Shown: one piece after another, positions 26,001 through 37,874 of the stretch
How positions within the stretch are numbered: the first letter of the stretch is position 1
Layout of the letters: every line of letters begins with the position of its first letter
DNA from: Botryllus schlosseri
Taxonomy: Eukaryota
DNA: 64,000 nt
Direction of reading: 5' to 3'
Assembly: GCA_051294905.1 (NCBI GenBank)
Contig: CM119372.1
Coordinates: forward strand, 36,644,001 to 36,708,000
Made by a program: the position numbers and the translations under genes
The notes under the pieces: generated by a model
Seen by the model: the letters and a program-made list of their open reading frames with translations, nothing else
Told to the model about the DNA's origin: nothing
Databases searched by the model: none

Positions 26001-27200
26001 GGGCAGATACGGAATCATAATAATAAGAACCGGCCTGGTGTAAATGACCAGTGTAGTCGAACCACCACCATGAACACCACAAACAAACAAACAAACAAAC
26101 ATCTAACATGGAAAAGAAATTACATTTACAGCCTTTGACAAACACAGTTAACATTGAAACCAGCAATTTAGGTCTTATTCGAAAGCAGAATAACAACTGT
26201 TTTACCGGACATATCAAATCAAATGTTGGAAAGATTCATGTAAAATAGCTCAAAATATTATCTTACTGTGACCATATTCTATCAATTCTATCAATATATG
26301 GTCTGACTAGCCAAATTCTCTGGGCCAACATATACCAGCTGCGTTTGCTTTCAACGATTAATAATCTTGTCACTGGATTCGAGGTATAATTGCACTCAAA
26401 TATCAAATTTTGCTCCATTATTCAACATCAAGTTGAAAATGTCCATTCTTCCACCAACTTTTATCAAATCAGGATCCCAGTACCAAGGAAGGTAACCTAC
26501 GAATCAGCTACAGGTATGTATCTATATGACTTATATACCTATAGAAAATTCAAGCATAAATATCATGATAAAGGTATAGGTACCGGTAATTCAGATGTTT
26601 GAAGCGACATGGACAACTAGTGAACTAGATAATTCTAGTGGTCTAATTTCACTAAATTAGAGCGAAATGCCAGTAATGTAATTGTAATCTAATTCGGAAA
26701 AAACGGTTTATTAGCTCTAATACTAACCTGGAAAAGCTGAAACTTTTCCGAAGTTGTCTACGCCTGGTTTGAAGAAAGTCAAACGGCTCTAGGCGTCATA
26801 TACTACAGGCAATTCGAAATACCCCAAAAGCTATAAGCTACTGCATATATACCTTTTACCCGCTACCTCAGTCAGTCACAATTCCTATATATTTACGGCA
26901 TTTACCATACAGAAAGAGCGAACTATGCCTGGCTGCTACCTGTTGCACGTCAAATCTTTGTCCCGCGCGATGACGTAAAATTTGAATCGCCGAAATTTCT
27001 AGAAGTCACGCATCGATAATCATATTCCTAAACGTACAACATCTCACTTATTTAGTTATTCTCTGAATATTATCCATACTCGTTGAACATTCGAGATTAC
27101 CGAAAGAGCGAATATATATATATATAATGAAGATGAACAAGTGATTTGTGGTACAGAACTTCAGAATAACGCGAAACAATAACTTCATATTGTTAATTTA

Positions 27201-27240
27201 TTCGCTAAAAGCTTTTCGACTGACCCTCATAAGTAGCGAA
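27201..27240 (-). ncRNA. Hammerhead ribozyme copy with mutated core (CUUAUGA)
   Basis: Reverse complement of 27750-27789 except CTGATGA is changed to CTTATGA. Confidence 0.7.
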
Positions 27241-27414
27241 ACGTCAGTGATAGGGTGAATCAAATTCGAAATGTAAGAACTATTTTGTCTGTATGACGTA
27301 ATAATAACAAAAACAAACAACTAGTAGACGGGCAATATACGGTAGTAACGGTACAAAACAAACGTTAACGAGTACATATTCGGTTATAAATAACCGAAAA
27401 CACAACACATAACA

Positions 27415-27620
27415 TTAATGAAATATTCCAAGAGTGTAGAGGCGTTCCTTCTGGCGACAGAGAATCGGCTTTCGTAGCTTTATGATCGTAGATTCCAGGA
27501 CCTTTAAATGAAAAAGAGAACGGCCACGAGCAAGTATAGAAAATTGACTGTCATTGTAATGATCAGCACATTCTGGATGGGATAAGAGATGCTGTCCAAC
27601 AGCCGAATTACAAGCAGTAA
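27415..27620 (-). pseudogene. GIY-YIG endonuclease C-terminal fragment (Penelope-like ORF)
   Basis: S-A-x-x-x-H...F-S-I-L...L-E-x-x-x-I...P-x-L-x-x-Q pattern in ORF 27415..27735, 5'-truncated. Confidence 0.85.
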
Positions 27621-27749
27621 CTTGATCATAATCACGCATTGTGTCAACGATCGCACTATTTTGTCTGTATGACGTAATAATAACAAAAACAAAAAACAAA
27701 AAAAAAATAGTTTTTACATTTCGAATTTGATTCACCCTATCACTGACGT

Positions 27750-27789
27750 TTCGCTACTGATGAGGGTCAGTCGAAAAGCTTTTAGCGAA
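27750..27789 (+). ncRNA. Minimal type I hammerhead ribozyme
   Basis: TTCGCTA-CTGATGA-GGGTCAGTC-GAAA-AGCT-TT-TAGCGAA. This gives a 7-bp stem I, an intact CUGAUGA/GAAA core, a short stem II, a palindromic AGCU in place of stem III, and a predicted cut after 27782. Confidence 0.85.
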
Positions 27790-27829
27790 TGAATTAACAA
27801 TATGAAGTTATTGTTTCGCGTTAAAGTGT

Positions 27830-28172
27830 CTTTTCATCGCTGTCCAAACCCTATTGCTAGAGAGGATTATGAAGACTGTGAAAGTGATATCCAATCCCTG
27901 TCAAGTGATGATAGCTTCCACCCAACAGAGTTAGATGGCGAGTCAGAGTGAGTACTTGAACAGTGTAATCATATTTGTACCAAGTCTTCACCAAGATATT
28001 GATTTGCAGGCATTCAGATTCAGAGGAATGTCTGGAGAATAGCAAGAAGCTGGTGAGCATTTTTCAACATTGTCCAATGTGTCAATCAGAGTCGGACGTG
28101 CAAGAGTCTGGTTTAGGTAGCACACTGAGAATCAAGCAAGACTGCAGAAACTGCTCATACTCCAGATTTTGA
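27830..28172 (+). pseudogene. Kolobok transposase N-terminal part (acidic linker plus Cys cluster)
   Basis: EDYEDCESDIQSLSSDDSFHP, an intron, then LVSIFQHCPMCQS...GSTLRIKQDCRNC. Confidence 0.65.
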
Positions 28173-30772
28173 TTTACGGGTAGTGTAGATGCCGTTACAT
28201 CCCAGCAAACACCCGATATCCCGTGGAGTTACTGGTATGTCCACAATTGTTCCCACTCGTCCCACCTCCCACCCTCAGTCACGGAGGACTTGCTCAGTAT
28301 GCCCAAAATTGGACGTCAATTTATGTAACTCCAGGTGACTACCAGAGGAAGTGAGTTTTAGAATGCTCCTGTACCAGTCACCAATGACTATTCCAGTGGA
28401 TGTCATAATGGTATGATGCCTGGATGCCACCTACACAGGAGTTCGTCAGAATGTCCCTACTTGGAAATCGTTTCTATGAATTCAAGTGTGCATTGTGCAA
28501 TCAATGCAAAATAGTTTTCTGAATACACTCATGAATGTCATGATACATTTCACCATTTGTAATCTATCGGAGTGAATACGAGAATGTTGATTGATGATAT
28601 GGCGATGACTTTCTATCGCGCGGAACTTCAGAAGCCCGGCTATCGATGATCGCGGTCGCACATATGTACGATGTAGAGACATACGGCTATTTTATTGTGA
28701 CATTACTGGATCGAAATGTCCACATCAAGGCAAAATATATTATTTTAAATATACCGTATACCCAATGCATGTGAAATCTTCCGACATGAAAACTTGACAA
28801 CCGTAATAACGGTATGGTGATGACTATTCCAATCACGGAACTATACTCAGTCTGCCAGGCTATTATCGATAATTAAGGCCGCACTGCGCAGGAGGCCAGC
28901 GATAATGCATATGAGGCATTCCGATACCTGTCGAGTCTCGAGTGTCGAGCCGAGCACGCCTGTTGCTTGAAATTCATTCAACCATAAAACCAAAATACTC
29001 CGTTCTTCTGTCTGGCGAGCATTCGCGCGTGATTCGGTTTGAATTTGAAAGAACAGGTTTTGTAGTAATGGCGGAGTGACGGATTTATCACAGGAATGGT
29101 TTAGTTTAGAATAGCATACTCAACGGCGTGGATGGATTGTGCCTGCTATTGATTATTATTGATATTGTCGCTGTCATGAGTACTGGAAAGGCAGAGATCA
29201 TGGAAGCTTGGTATTTGAGTGCTATATTTATTGAACAGCAACAGCCTCGGTCATCATTAACTGCGATAACCGTAATGAATTTCACTATGATTCTAGTGGC
29301 ACGTCTGCGCCTCGGTTTATCATGTACGAACGAAACTAATCGACCCGCTGCTAATCGTAAACTTATGCAGTACTTGTAATACTATATAGTATAGCGATGA
29401 CGATGAGCATGATCATTGATCATGATAATATTTAATTATATGTAATCATTGAAGTTCGATTTGCAGCACAGTGGATTTCATGTTGTTGTAATATCCAACT
29501 TACTGTTTGATGTGTACGGTATATACTATGAAAAGTTTGACATGAATTTCCAAAGACTGGAAGAGCCATGCAGTAAACCAGATGCAGCATCGATGAATGT
29601 ATTATAGCCAGTCGTTAGGTTTATATAGCTACATAATTTGAAAGTGTATATTATAGGATGTTCCTTTACGGAATGTGAGATTGCTAAATTTGTGGCTGAA
29701 AACTATAGTTGCGCCTATGCTAATGAATATTAGCATCCCATTGACCGGCATGTATATTATCGTATTTGTTGTAATTTTGTGTTGTGTCCACAACAACATT
29801 AAAACCATTGATACTAGTCGAGGCTTTCGGTGAACATGTCAAAATGTATGGCTTTATTATTAGTTTAATGTTAGGGTATTCCAGGAACAATCATTATAGT
29901 TAACCCAACTTTAACCTCAGCCTAATTTAATGATACCCAAACGCTAAACCAATTATAAACTACATGGATTTTAACATGTTCATGGGGAAGACGGGTTGTC
30001 GCAATGTCGGCAATGTCGCCGTGCAACATACTTAAAATGCTTACTTATAACTTGCAATATAACGATAACTTATAATTTATATACATTTAACTTAGCTATA
30101 CGATATCTTGAAATCCCTGGTAAGAAATAGTAGTCGCAAAAATTATAGTCGCATTTAGCTCATTGGATATCTTGCACGTTCCTCGTCATATATATTATGA
30201 AAGTTTAAAATTGGTGAAAGTAGATAATTATTCCATTTGAATTTTCACTTCTTCTTGAACCTTGAGTTGACATTGATCTTTGAATATTTCGCCCATTACC
30301 TTCCAATAAGTATATTGCACGGAGACATTGTGCCAACATTCACAAAATATATTAACATTGCCTACATTACAGCGACATTCACAAAGTAGATGGGCCCTAG
30401 GGAAGACTGATTGCTTTGCTGATAGTCATGTTGTCGTGAATAAGAAAGCACACTATTGACCCTCATTATCAATGGATTCTTTATGCGGATGAGGCAGGGG
30501 CATACCTGGGTCTCCGTATACAACATTGCTTCATTTTTAGCAGGAGTCTAAATATGGAACAGGCAATGTTATATAGTACTTTTCAACTTTGGAGCAACGC
30601 ATCGTAGTCGTGCATTGTCCATGGATTAAGAACTTGAATCATGTAAGTTGGAGCGATGATTTATGATTGTTCATGTTCATTAATCAGCGATTTATTAGCC
30701 TGGAAAAAGTGTCATAAATGATGCGCAAATAGACTCTGTGACGTTGGTTCCCGATCAGGATTTTGCCAGTGC

Positions 30773-31049
30773 CAGTGACGCTGATCTGGTATGCATGATT
30801 TCTATAGATATCTCAGCTTCACTTCTGTTCTGATTTTGCCAGTGGTGCTCAAAATTGCTGCATGATATTTTGATATTATATCTCAGCTTCACTTCTGTTC
30901 TGATTTTGCCAGTGGTGCTCAAAATTGCTGCATGATATTTTGATATTATATCGATGTTTCGTTGAATCCAAGTGTGCCATAATTCACAGTGACGCTGATC
31001 TGGTATGCATGATTTCTGTAGATATCTCAGCTTCACTTCTGTTCTGATT
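30773..31049. repeat. Local tandem/segmental duplications
   Basis: ATATCTCAGCTTCACTTCTGTTCTGATT occurs three times, CAGTGACGCTGATCTGGTATGCATGATTTCT twice, and a ~70-bp unit is duplicated in tandem. Confidence 0.85.
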
Positions 31050-31513
31050 AGTAGGGCTTGGCAAAATCGAGCACCTGAGTGAAGAGTGATTGATTCTGAA
31101 TCTGGTGTTAAGTGTCAAGTATTCGATAATCACTCATCATGTTATACTCCTAACAGTATGAGTATTATGGAAGGTTGAAAACGTATCTTTTATGTTTTCG
31201 CTAAGAACATACAATGATGCCATGCAAGTTTTACATCAGACTAAATTACAGTTAATTTGGTGTATTTTCGACCGATACCTATTTCATTGCACTTTGTGAC
31301 TATGCATTGGGTTAATCATGACTTCACAGATATGTCATTTCCACTAAAGTGACTAGCTTTGTACTACGTATTTTGTATGTTACTTCCACATTGGAAAATG
31401 GTATCAAAAATGATAAGTTTATTGATAACTGTACTCTTGGTGGCAAAGAGCGTATAATTTCAGAAGGCCTACTTGAAAAAGTCATCTACTTCGCTTGAAT
31501 CAATAGAATTAAT

Positions 31514-31916
31514 GGTGACCAATGAACTCGGCCCATTGAACTCGGCCTTCGGTGAACTGGGCCCATGATGACTTTGTCAATACAAATTATTATAAATGTC
31601 GTGAATTGTATTATTAATTGAAGGCAATGACGATTGACGAATTGGTGGTGGTGGATATGTCATATGAATGTTATTCCCTCTGGGGGGGACGGTATCGTAT
31701 GTCGGATGTATAAAATGTTCTATTAGGCGTGCGGAGCTGTATAATGTTGACGAAGAGTGCAGAACGTCAAGGATCAGATCGCACATGGTGAATTCGGTGT
31801 ATCCCAAGATTAGGGTTGGAGGGGCTTAGGTTTAGGCCGAGTTCACCGAAGGCCGAGTTTACCGTAGGCTGAGTTCAATGGGCCGAATTCACCATGGCCC
31901 GAGTTCACTGGTAATC
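31514..31916. mobile_element. MITE related to 25136-26000
   Basis: Termini GGTGACCAATGAACTCGGCC and CCGAGTTCACTGGTAATC, perfect TSD GAATTAAT. Confidence 0.8.
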
Positions 31917-33007
31917 GAATTAATGTGCCAAGCTTGTACACCATTGTTTTTGTTTTTTAACAGGATGTTATGGATACCTGCCTTGAGTTCTTGACAAATG
32001 CCTTCACTAAAGCTACTCTAATCATGTAAAATTTCTAGATCGACAATGTCTTCAATTGAGGGCAACAACGTCAAGCTGGCTGTACAAAGAATGCCTTCTA
32101 GACTGGGGCCGACAACGTTTGGAAGAACTACTGCCACCTAGAACAAGCTTTACTTTTACTCTACAAAATTGGTGCTGCGCCATGCTCGGGAAAAACTAAG
32201 AAAGCAATCGAAGGTAAAAACGTTGAACACACTATATGGCAACCAGAGGTGGTCACAGTAATCATCTTTTGTACTGAAGTTGAAGTAATGTCATGAATTT
32301 ATTATACACACATAGATGTAACAAGTTACAAGGTGTGTCAAATCTATTTGAAATGGAAGTCGAGAATGAAGTTCTGGAATATGCTCTAGTAATTACTTTT
32401 AAAAAGTAGATTTGGTCGATGTGTTGCATACGATTGCCCGACATATGAGCATGCGACACAATGGAAAACGACAGTTAAGCATGGAACACTTTAGCATGCG
32501 TCACTTCAGTATGTGACTTCATAACCCCAAAACTAACCCAAAACATAACACTGAAATTAACCACTATAAGTGAGGAAAATTAGTAGGGTATATTTTGAAT
32601 GAGAACCATGGATTCCATATCACCAAACATAGTTATAAAAAGAGGGTTAACAAGGCTTTAACTGGAAACTGAGCGGTCAACACAGTGACTTGGACTCGGA
32701 CTTGACTCGGTGGTGAATTGAAAATGACTCGAATTGACTCGAGTCAAAACTATAAAATTGAGATTGACTTGTGACTTGGTTACAACCCTGCGTCGTAGGT
32801 GCATGCTTCTGAACAGAGATGGTCAAAAACGTAGTTGTTTTCAGCACTCAAGTAGAAGTAATTGTTGTGTCATCAATGGAGTAGAAGTAGTAGTAACACC
32901 ATGTATTTCCACTCTGGTACAAGCAGTGATTTACAAGTCTTGTCCAAACTAATTTATGTGAAAGTGTAATTTCTGAAAAGTACTCAAGTATGTACTTTAG
33001 ATGTTTC

Positions 33008-33428
33008 CAGGGTTGTAGCCAAATCACAAGTCAATCTCACTTATATAGTTTTGACTCGAGTCAAGTCGAGTCATTTTCAATTCACCACCGAGTCAAGTCC
33101 AAGTCAGCGAGTATAGGGTCGAGTCCGAGTCATGGTGTTATGACTCAAGTTCAACCATTTCGTTGACTGCTCGGTTTCCAGTTAAATTCTTGTTTAATCC
33201 ACTTTTTATAACTCTGTTTGGTGATATCAACGTTTCGCATTTATAATATAGGCTACTGATTTTTCTCACCTTCAACAGTGTCTGGTCGCATTTTCAAGTA
33301 CCGCTACCATTAGATGAAATCGGTCTTGGCCGTCTGAGTCTCGATTCATATGACTTGGTCCGAGTCATTACATAGATTGACTCGAGTTATCAGAAATCGC
33401 AACTCGACTCATTGCAATTACAGCCCTG
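33008..33428. mobile_element. GACTC-family MITE
   Basis: Termini CAGGGTTGTA and TACAGCCCTG, TSD GATGTTTC/GGTGTTTC. Confidence 0.85.
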
Positions 33429-34729
33429 GGTGTTTCCACAAGTTGATTTGATTGGCTGACGCATACTCCGTATCGCTAGTTCAGAAGCTCTCCACGCTCA
33501 AGTAGACGCAGTAGTCATAGTATCGTCATAAATTTTCACTCAAGTACAAATAGAAGTAGCGATTTACAAGACATATTACAATTAATGCAAGTGGAAATAT
33601 ATAGTGAAGTTCTGATACATATTTCATGTGCTATGAAGAGTGTATCTACATACAATATGCTGACATTGTTTTATGTGCTTCAGGCAAAACAAGGACTGAG
33701 AAGAAACCGGTTGTTGCAACCAAAGTTTATTGCCAAAGACGAATACGCCCTCGCGCTCTTAACATGATGCGGTACAGCCGATGCATCGTTTTACGTCTTG
33801 CAATGGTACTTTCTACGTATGATTGCTTTATGTCTGTTTTTAATTGTCTTAGCGGTTGTCCTTTGTCAAATTCCTTTGACACATTTCTTTCAAATTTCTC
33901 GTATGCACCTCAATTGGAATGTTTGTCATGTTAGTTAGTTAGAACTAGCTGATATTTCCAAAATTCATGTGACACATTTATTTCATATATTTATAATTTT
34001 GTGATCGAATTTTCACTTAATCCTCAACTTTGTTAAATTAAATAATAAGAGTTCTTTAATTAATGTTTTACTTGAAATTTGCAATTGTTGTTTTCCAGTA
34101 ACCCAATATATACAGTTTGTGAGCTTATATGATGTTGGATTCCATGTAGTTGGAGCACGTATCGAAGTGGAGGAGGTAATCATAGAGATCATTAAGTATT
34201 CCACAGGGAGTCCTGAGATGGTCATCCTGAGGACTTGAACAGGGGCGAATAACACGTCCGCATTACGTGGACTGGTGTCCATAGGGAGTGGCGTCAAGTC
34301 CATAGGGAGTGGCATGACGTCCACAGGGAGTGGCGTCACGTCCACAGTACGTCAGACGCGTCCATAGGGAACCACGTGACGTCCAGGTTAGGTCAGCCGT
34401 GTCCATGAGGAGTCGCTTCATGTCCACAGCACGTCATTGCGTACGTACTCAGAGATCAGACAGGACGTCCCTAGTTGTCGACAAACTCACTCCAGGGAGG
34501 TGACGGCCGTAAGTTACCGGACGTCCTGCCGGCAATTCCACCGGAAGTCAACTGGACATCGAGTGTTTGCTGGGTATCCTTTAAAGATGAAATAGCCTAC
34601 ATGACTGCATCAAAAAGAAACAAACTGCTCCATTCAGCATATATAAATGATACATATAGGACTAAATTTAAATTACAATGAATATCATCTTTGATTCTGT
34701 TGTTTACCATTATGACAATCCATTTTCAG

Positions 34730-35313
34730 ATTCATTGGCATATGAAAGGATTTGCGATGTTCTCTACTCCACGCGAATGAAAAATGACATACGCCATCTA
34801 TCGCCGAATGGAAACACTGCTGGAAGTGAATCATTCAATGCCCTCCTCAATCATTTCTGCCGAAAGTTATATCACTACAACCATATTTCAGTCAAAAAGC
34901 CAGGTAGGTACCTTGCAGTGTCTCGGCTATTCAAAACAACCTATATCAGATTTTGGCATAATTACTAGCCTCATCAATTATGCATTTTTTGTAGGATGCA
35001 GTTGGCAATCCTGCATTTCAATGAAAATAGCTCGAAAACTCACAAAATGTCGAAAGAAGGAGCACCGCGGTCAAATACCCGAAGTACAAAAATGGGGAAT
35101 GTACGGTCCACAAGATACTTGAAAATTAAACATTTGGTAACTGCCGTCGATCTGACCGCATCATAAGATTTCGTCATATTGTTATGCCTGTTCTAGATTA
35201 CTGCAATGAGCTTGTCGAAGAAGTTCAATAAGCGCTCATCAGAACTGGACCAGAAATTGTTGAGTTGAGCGATTGCGCTGAGACCGTTCCACCTCCTCTG
35301 ACTAGCAGCATAA
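34730..35313 (+). pseudogene. Kolobok transposase C-terminal exons
   Basis: MKNDIRHLSPNGNTAGSESFNALLNHFCRK..., an intron, then MQLAILHFNEN...KYPKYKNGE. Short GT-AG introns and frameshifts are present. Confidence 0.7.
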
Positions 35314-35459
35314 TGAAAATTAGCAGAGAGGAAGCTATTGCCCGACCGACATAAAACCCGATATGCTTTTCTGCCTGACACAGTAGTTATTTTGGTCGAT
35401 GAGTTATATGCGTTTATTATTTGGAATACAACTGTACATTCACAATGTGGCGTTACTGA

Positions 35460-36130
35460 ACTGGAATTTGACTAAAATTTGTTCGGACAGCAGTAACAAC
35501 GCATGCAGGCAGGATTTTCCGCTGGTTTTTGCCACAGAATCACCATACCCAGCGAACACAATTTCTGTAGGCAGTATATGTTTCAACTTCCTGAAAAGTG
35601 AAAACAAGTGTATTAGTGCGAGAAAAGTATTTGGCAACCGAATCAGAGACTCATCCCATTCATGCATTGAAGTCGATGTTATTATTCTGCGGCCATATTC
35701 CTGTTGATATCCATAGTAGGACATCTGCAATACGTCAACGTCCAGACACACTGAATTGCATCCTGGCAATTCTGTGATACACTTTAATTCTGTCAGTAAC
35801 TCTCGGAACCTCCTTACAGCAAAAACTTATCAAGATATCAGATATCAAGATACATGACTGAAACGAGCTATTGCACTACAGACTATATATACCACTGTAT
35901 TTCATGTAGTCTCGACGAGTGGCGTGCGCTGAGCAAGCTAGGCTGATCATGACCCATCATATGAAGCTGCAAGGGGTTCCACTGACGTGGGATCGAGCGC
36001 ATCAACACCTGAACCAATCCGGCATGTAAACGGTAATTTTGTAAGTACGTGCAAAAATGATATTTACATTCGACATCCGAGTACTCGGACTCAGTCTCAA
36101 TATCACTTAGCAAATCCGTTACAATGGAAA
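35460..36130 (-). pseudogene. KolX-like accessory protein (resembles the P2X7 cytoplasmic ballast domain)
   Basis: SRLHEIQW...FCCKE...CITELPGCNSVCLDVDVLQMSYYGYQQEYG, an intron, then YRNCVRWVW*FCGKNQRKILPACVVTAVRTNF. Lies tail-to-tail with the transposase. Confidence 0.75.
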
Positions 36131-36420
36131 CCTCGGCAATAACTGACTAGAATAAAAACTGCGAGAACACAAACAGCCGCTGTGACCGGTGTTGATAATA
36201 TGTGTCACTCACTTGACGTCACAATGCACATTCTGCTTTTTCTGTAAACATGCCAATATTGGAACTTTCAGTCAAAATTACGGCAATTTCCGATTGAGTT
36301 GAAACACGGAAAGTCGGTAATTTCGTTATGAAAAAAATTCTGAACGTGATTCCGCAAAGTTGTCATGAAGATGCAGTTGACCTTTAAGAATGGCGATAAA
36401 ATTATACTGATACCTATTAT

Positions 36421-37720
36421 CAGGGCCGTAACAGCACTTCGTCAGGCCCCCCCCAAAACGTTGGTCTTGGGCCCCCCATAGAGTGATAAACCCCACTTCT
36501 GGGGGGCTTCGCCCCCAGACCCCCCATAATTCTGTACGCAGTTTACCGCTACAAACCATCTATATTGGGTGTCCGTTTAGTGTCTACGATTTTGCGACGG
36601 ACCGCGCGGAGCGCGAAAAAATTGTATAATTCACGATTGCATCGGTCAGTGTGATCGAGAATTTCATATATATTGCTATCAATTTTTATCCTCTCTTTGC
36701 TCACGTAATCAGATTTACTGGTAGAGCGGAGTGAGGTGTGTTTCAAAAGGTAGGGCCACTCAATAATAATAATTAAACATCTCCGGGCGTATACCTGTCG
36801 GCAGGAACGAAACAGCACTTCGTCAGGCCCCCAAAAGTAGGGCCTGCTTGGGTCGTGGGCTCCCATACGGTGATAAACCGACTCCCCCCTCATCACGTTG
36901 TTCGCTCACGAAATCAGTTGCACTCTTTAGTGATAACGCGCGAAGCGCGAAAATTTTCAATGATTCATAATAGAATCAGTCAATAAGATCGGGAATTGCA
37001 TGTAGCCTATATTGCTATCAATTTCTTGTCCTCTCTGCTCGCGTAATCAGATTAACCGGTAGAGCTGACCGAGGTGTCTTGGAAACTGTAGGGCCCGTAA
37101 ATAATAATTAAACATCTTTGAGCGGGCGGACCCGTTGGTATGACTTCGTTACATGATGTTATTTCGTGACCTCAGCAATATCAAAAAATGTAGAATCGCA
37201 TAAACGTACTAAACTAAAAGACGCACACGATTTCATATTGGTATTTCTTCACCAGCATATAATTTTTCCGTGCGGGGTGGTATTTGTCTTGTGAGGTTCA
37301 GATTGCCAAGACAGGAATATTCGTCACCAGTCATTTAGGCGCCTATGGACAATTAAACCTATATGTATCAGTCCTTTTCGGCCAAGGTTTTCTCGCTGCC
37401 GATCGTTCTGGCAAACCTCTTGGAGTCGCATGTTACATGGCCCAAAACTTTATATGTTCGTGCGTCGTGGCGCGGTAATGGCCAACGCCGATATGCCTTT
37501 TTCTATAAATTTTGCGTATATTTTCTTGGGTGAAGAGTGCCCAATAATGAAGATATTTGGCAACTTGAAATCGCGCGGAGCGCAAAATTTTTTTGAAAAT
37601 GCTACATAAATTTTCAAAAACTACTCCGTAATTTATGTTAATTCACGAAATAATTTTGGGCCCCCTTCGAGCTCGGGCCCCCCCAATTGGGGGGTTTGGG
37701 GTGCGGCAGTTACGATGCTG
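36421..37720. mobile_element. hAT-type MITE immediately upstream of RPL24
   Basis: Termini CAGGGCCGTAAC and GTTACGATGCTG, GGCCCC subterminal repeats, perfect TSD CCTATTAT. Has an internal duplication of ~36640-36800 at ~36985-37130. Confidence 0.85.
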
Positions 37721-37852
37721 CCTATTATAATTATATTGTTATAATATTATTTTACGCAACACGAACACAGTCGAACACGAAAAATCACTTCGCGCTTCAA
37801 CGGCTATAACCTTTAACCCATGGCTTCTTATTGTATCAGATTGATAGCTCGG

Positions 37853-37860
37853 TCTTTTTC
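37853..37860 (+). promoter_or_regulatory. TCT/5'-TOP polypyrimidine initiator of RPL24
   Basis: TCTTTTTC ends 14 nt upstream of the ATG, as is typical for animal ribosomal-protein genes. Confidence 0.7.
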
Positions 37861-37874
37861 AGCTAAACGCAGCT

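Larger units (their letters stand above)
27122..27823 (-). mobile_element. Penelope-like retroelement fragment with inverted pLTRs
   Basis: The - strand encodes SAVGQHLLSHPECADHYNDSQFSILARGRSLFHLKVLESTIIKLRKPILCRQKE, a GIY-YIG endonuclease C-terminus. It is flanked by ~115-bp inverted repeats (27167-27283, 27708-27823) and abuts a (TA)n tract. Confidence 0.88.
28201..34574. mobile_element. CACTA/EnSpm-like non-autonomous element with nested MITEs
   Basis: TIRs CCCAGCAAACAC(C/T)CGAT(A/G)TCC at both ends and arrays of subterminal GTCCA(T/C)AGGGAGTGGC repeats at ~34275-34380. The flanks (AT / TA) do not form a clean TSD. Confidence 0.75.
27830..36383 (+). mobile_element. Decayed Kolobok-type DNA transposon (left end lost, interrupted)
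   Basis: Transposase-like pieces on + at 27830-28170 and 34730-35313, a convergent KolX-like gene on -, and a right end ...GTTGACCT followed by TTAA (36384-36387). No matching left TIR was found. Confidence 0.7.

Noticed and set aside
21560..26960. Promoter-like patch at ~21600-21850 and exon-like - strand segments at ~24800-24965 and ~26730-26800
   Set aside because: I could not assemble a consistent reading frame or recognise a domain, so the evidence is too weak to call a gene.
34013..34560. Repetitive ORF (MDVTPLPVDVMPLP...) or a CRISPR-like array
   Set aside because: The ~21-bp units are contiguous subterminal repeats of the CACTA-like element. There are no unique spacers and no cas genes, and the context is eukaryotic.
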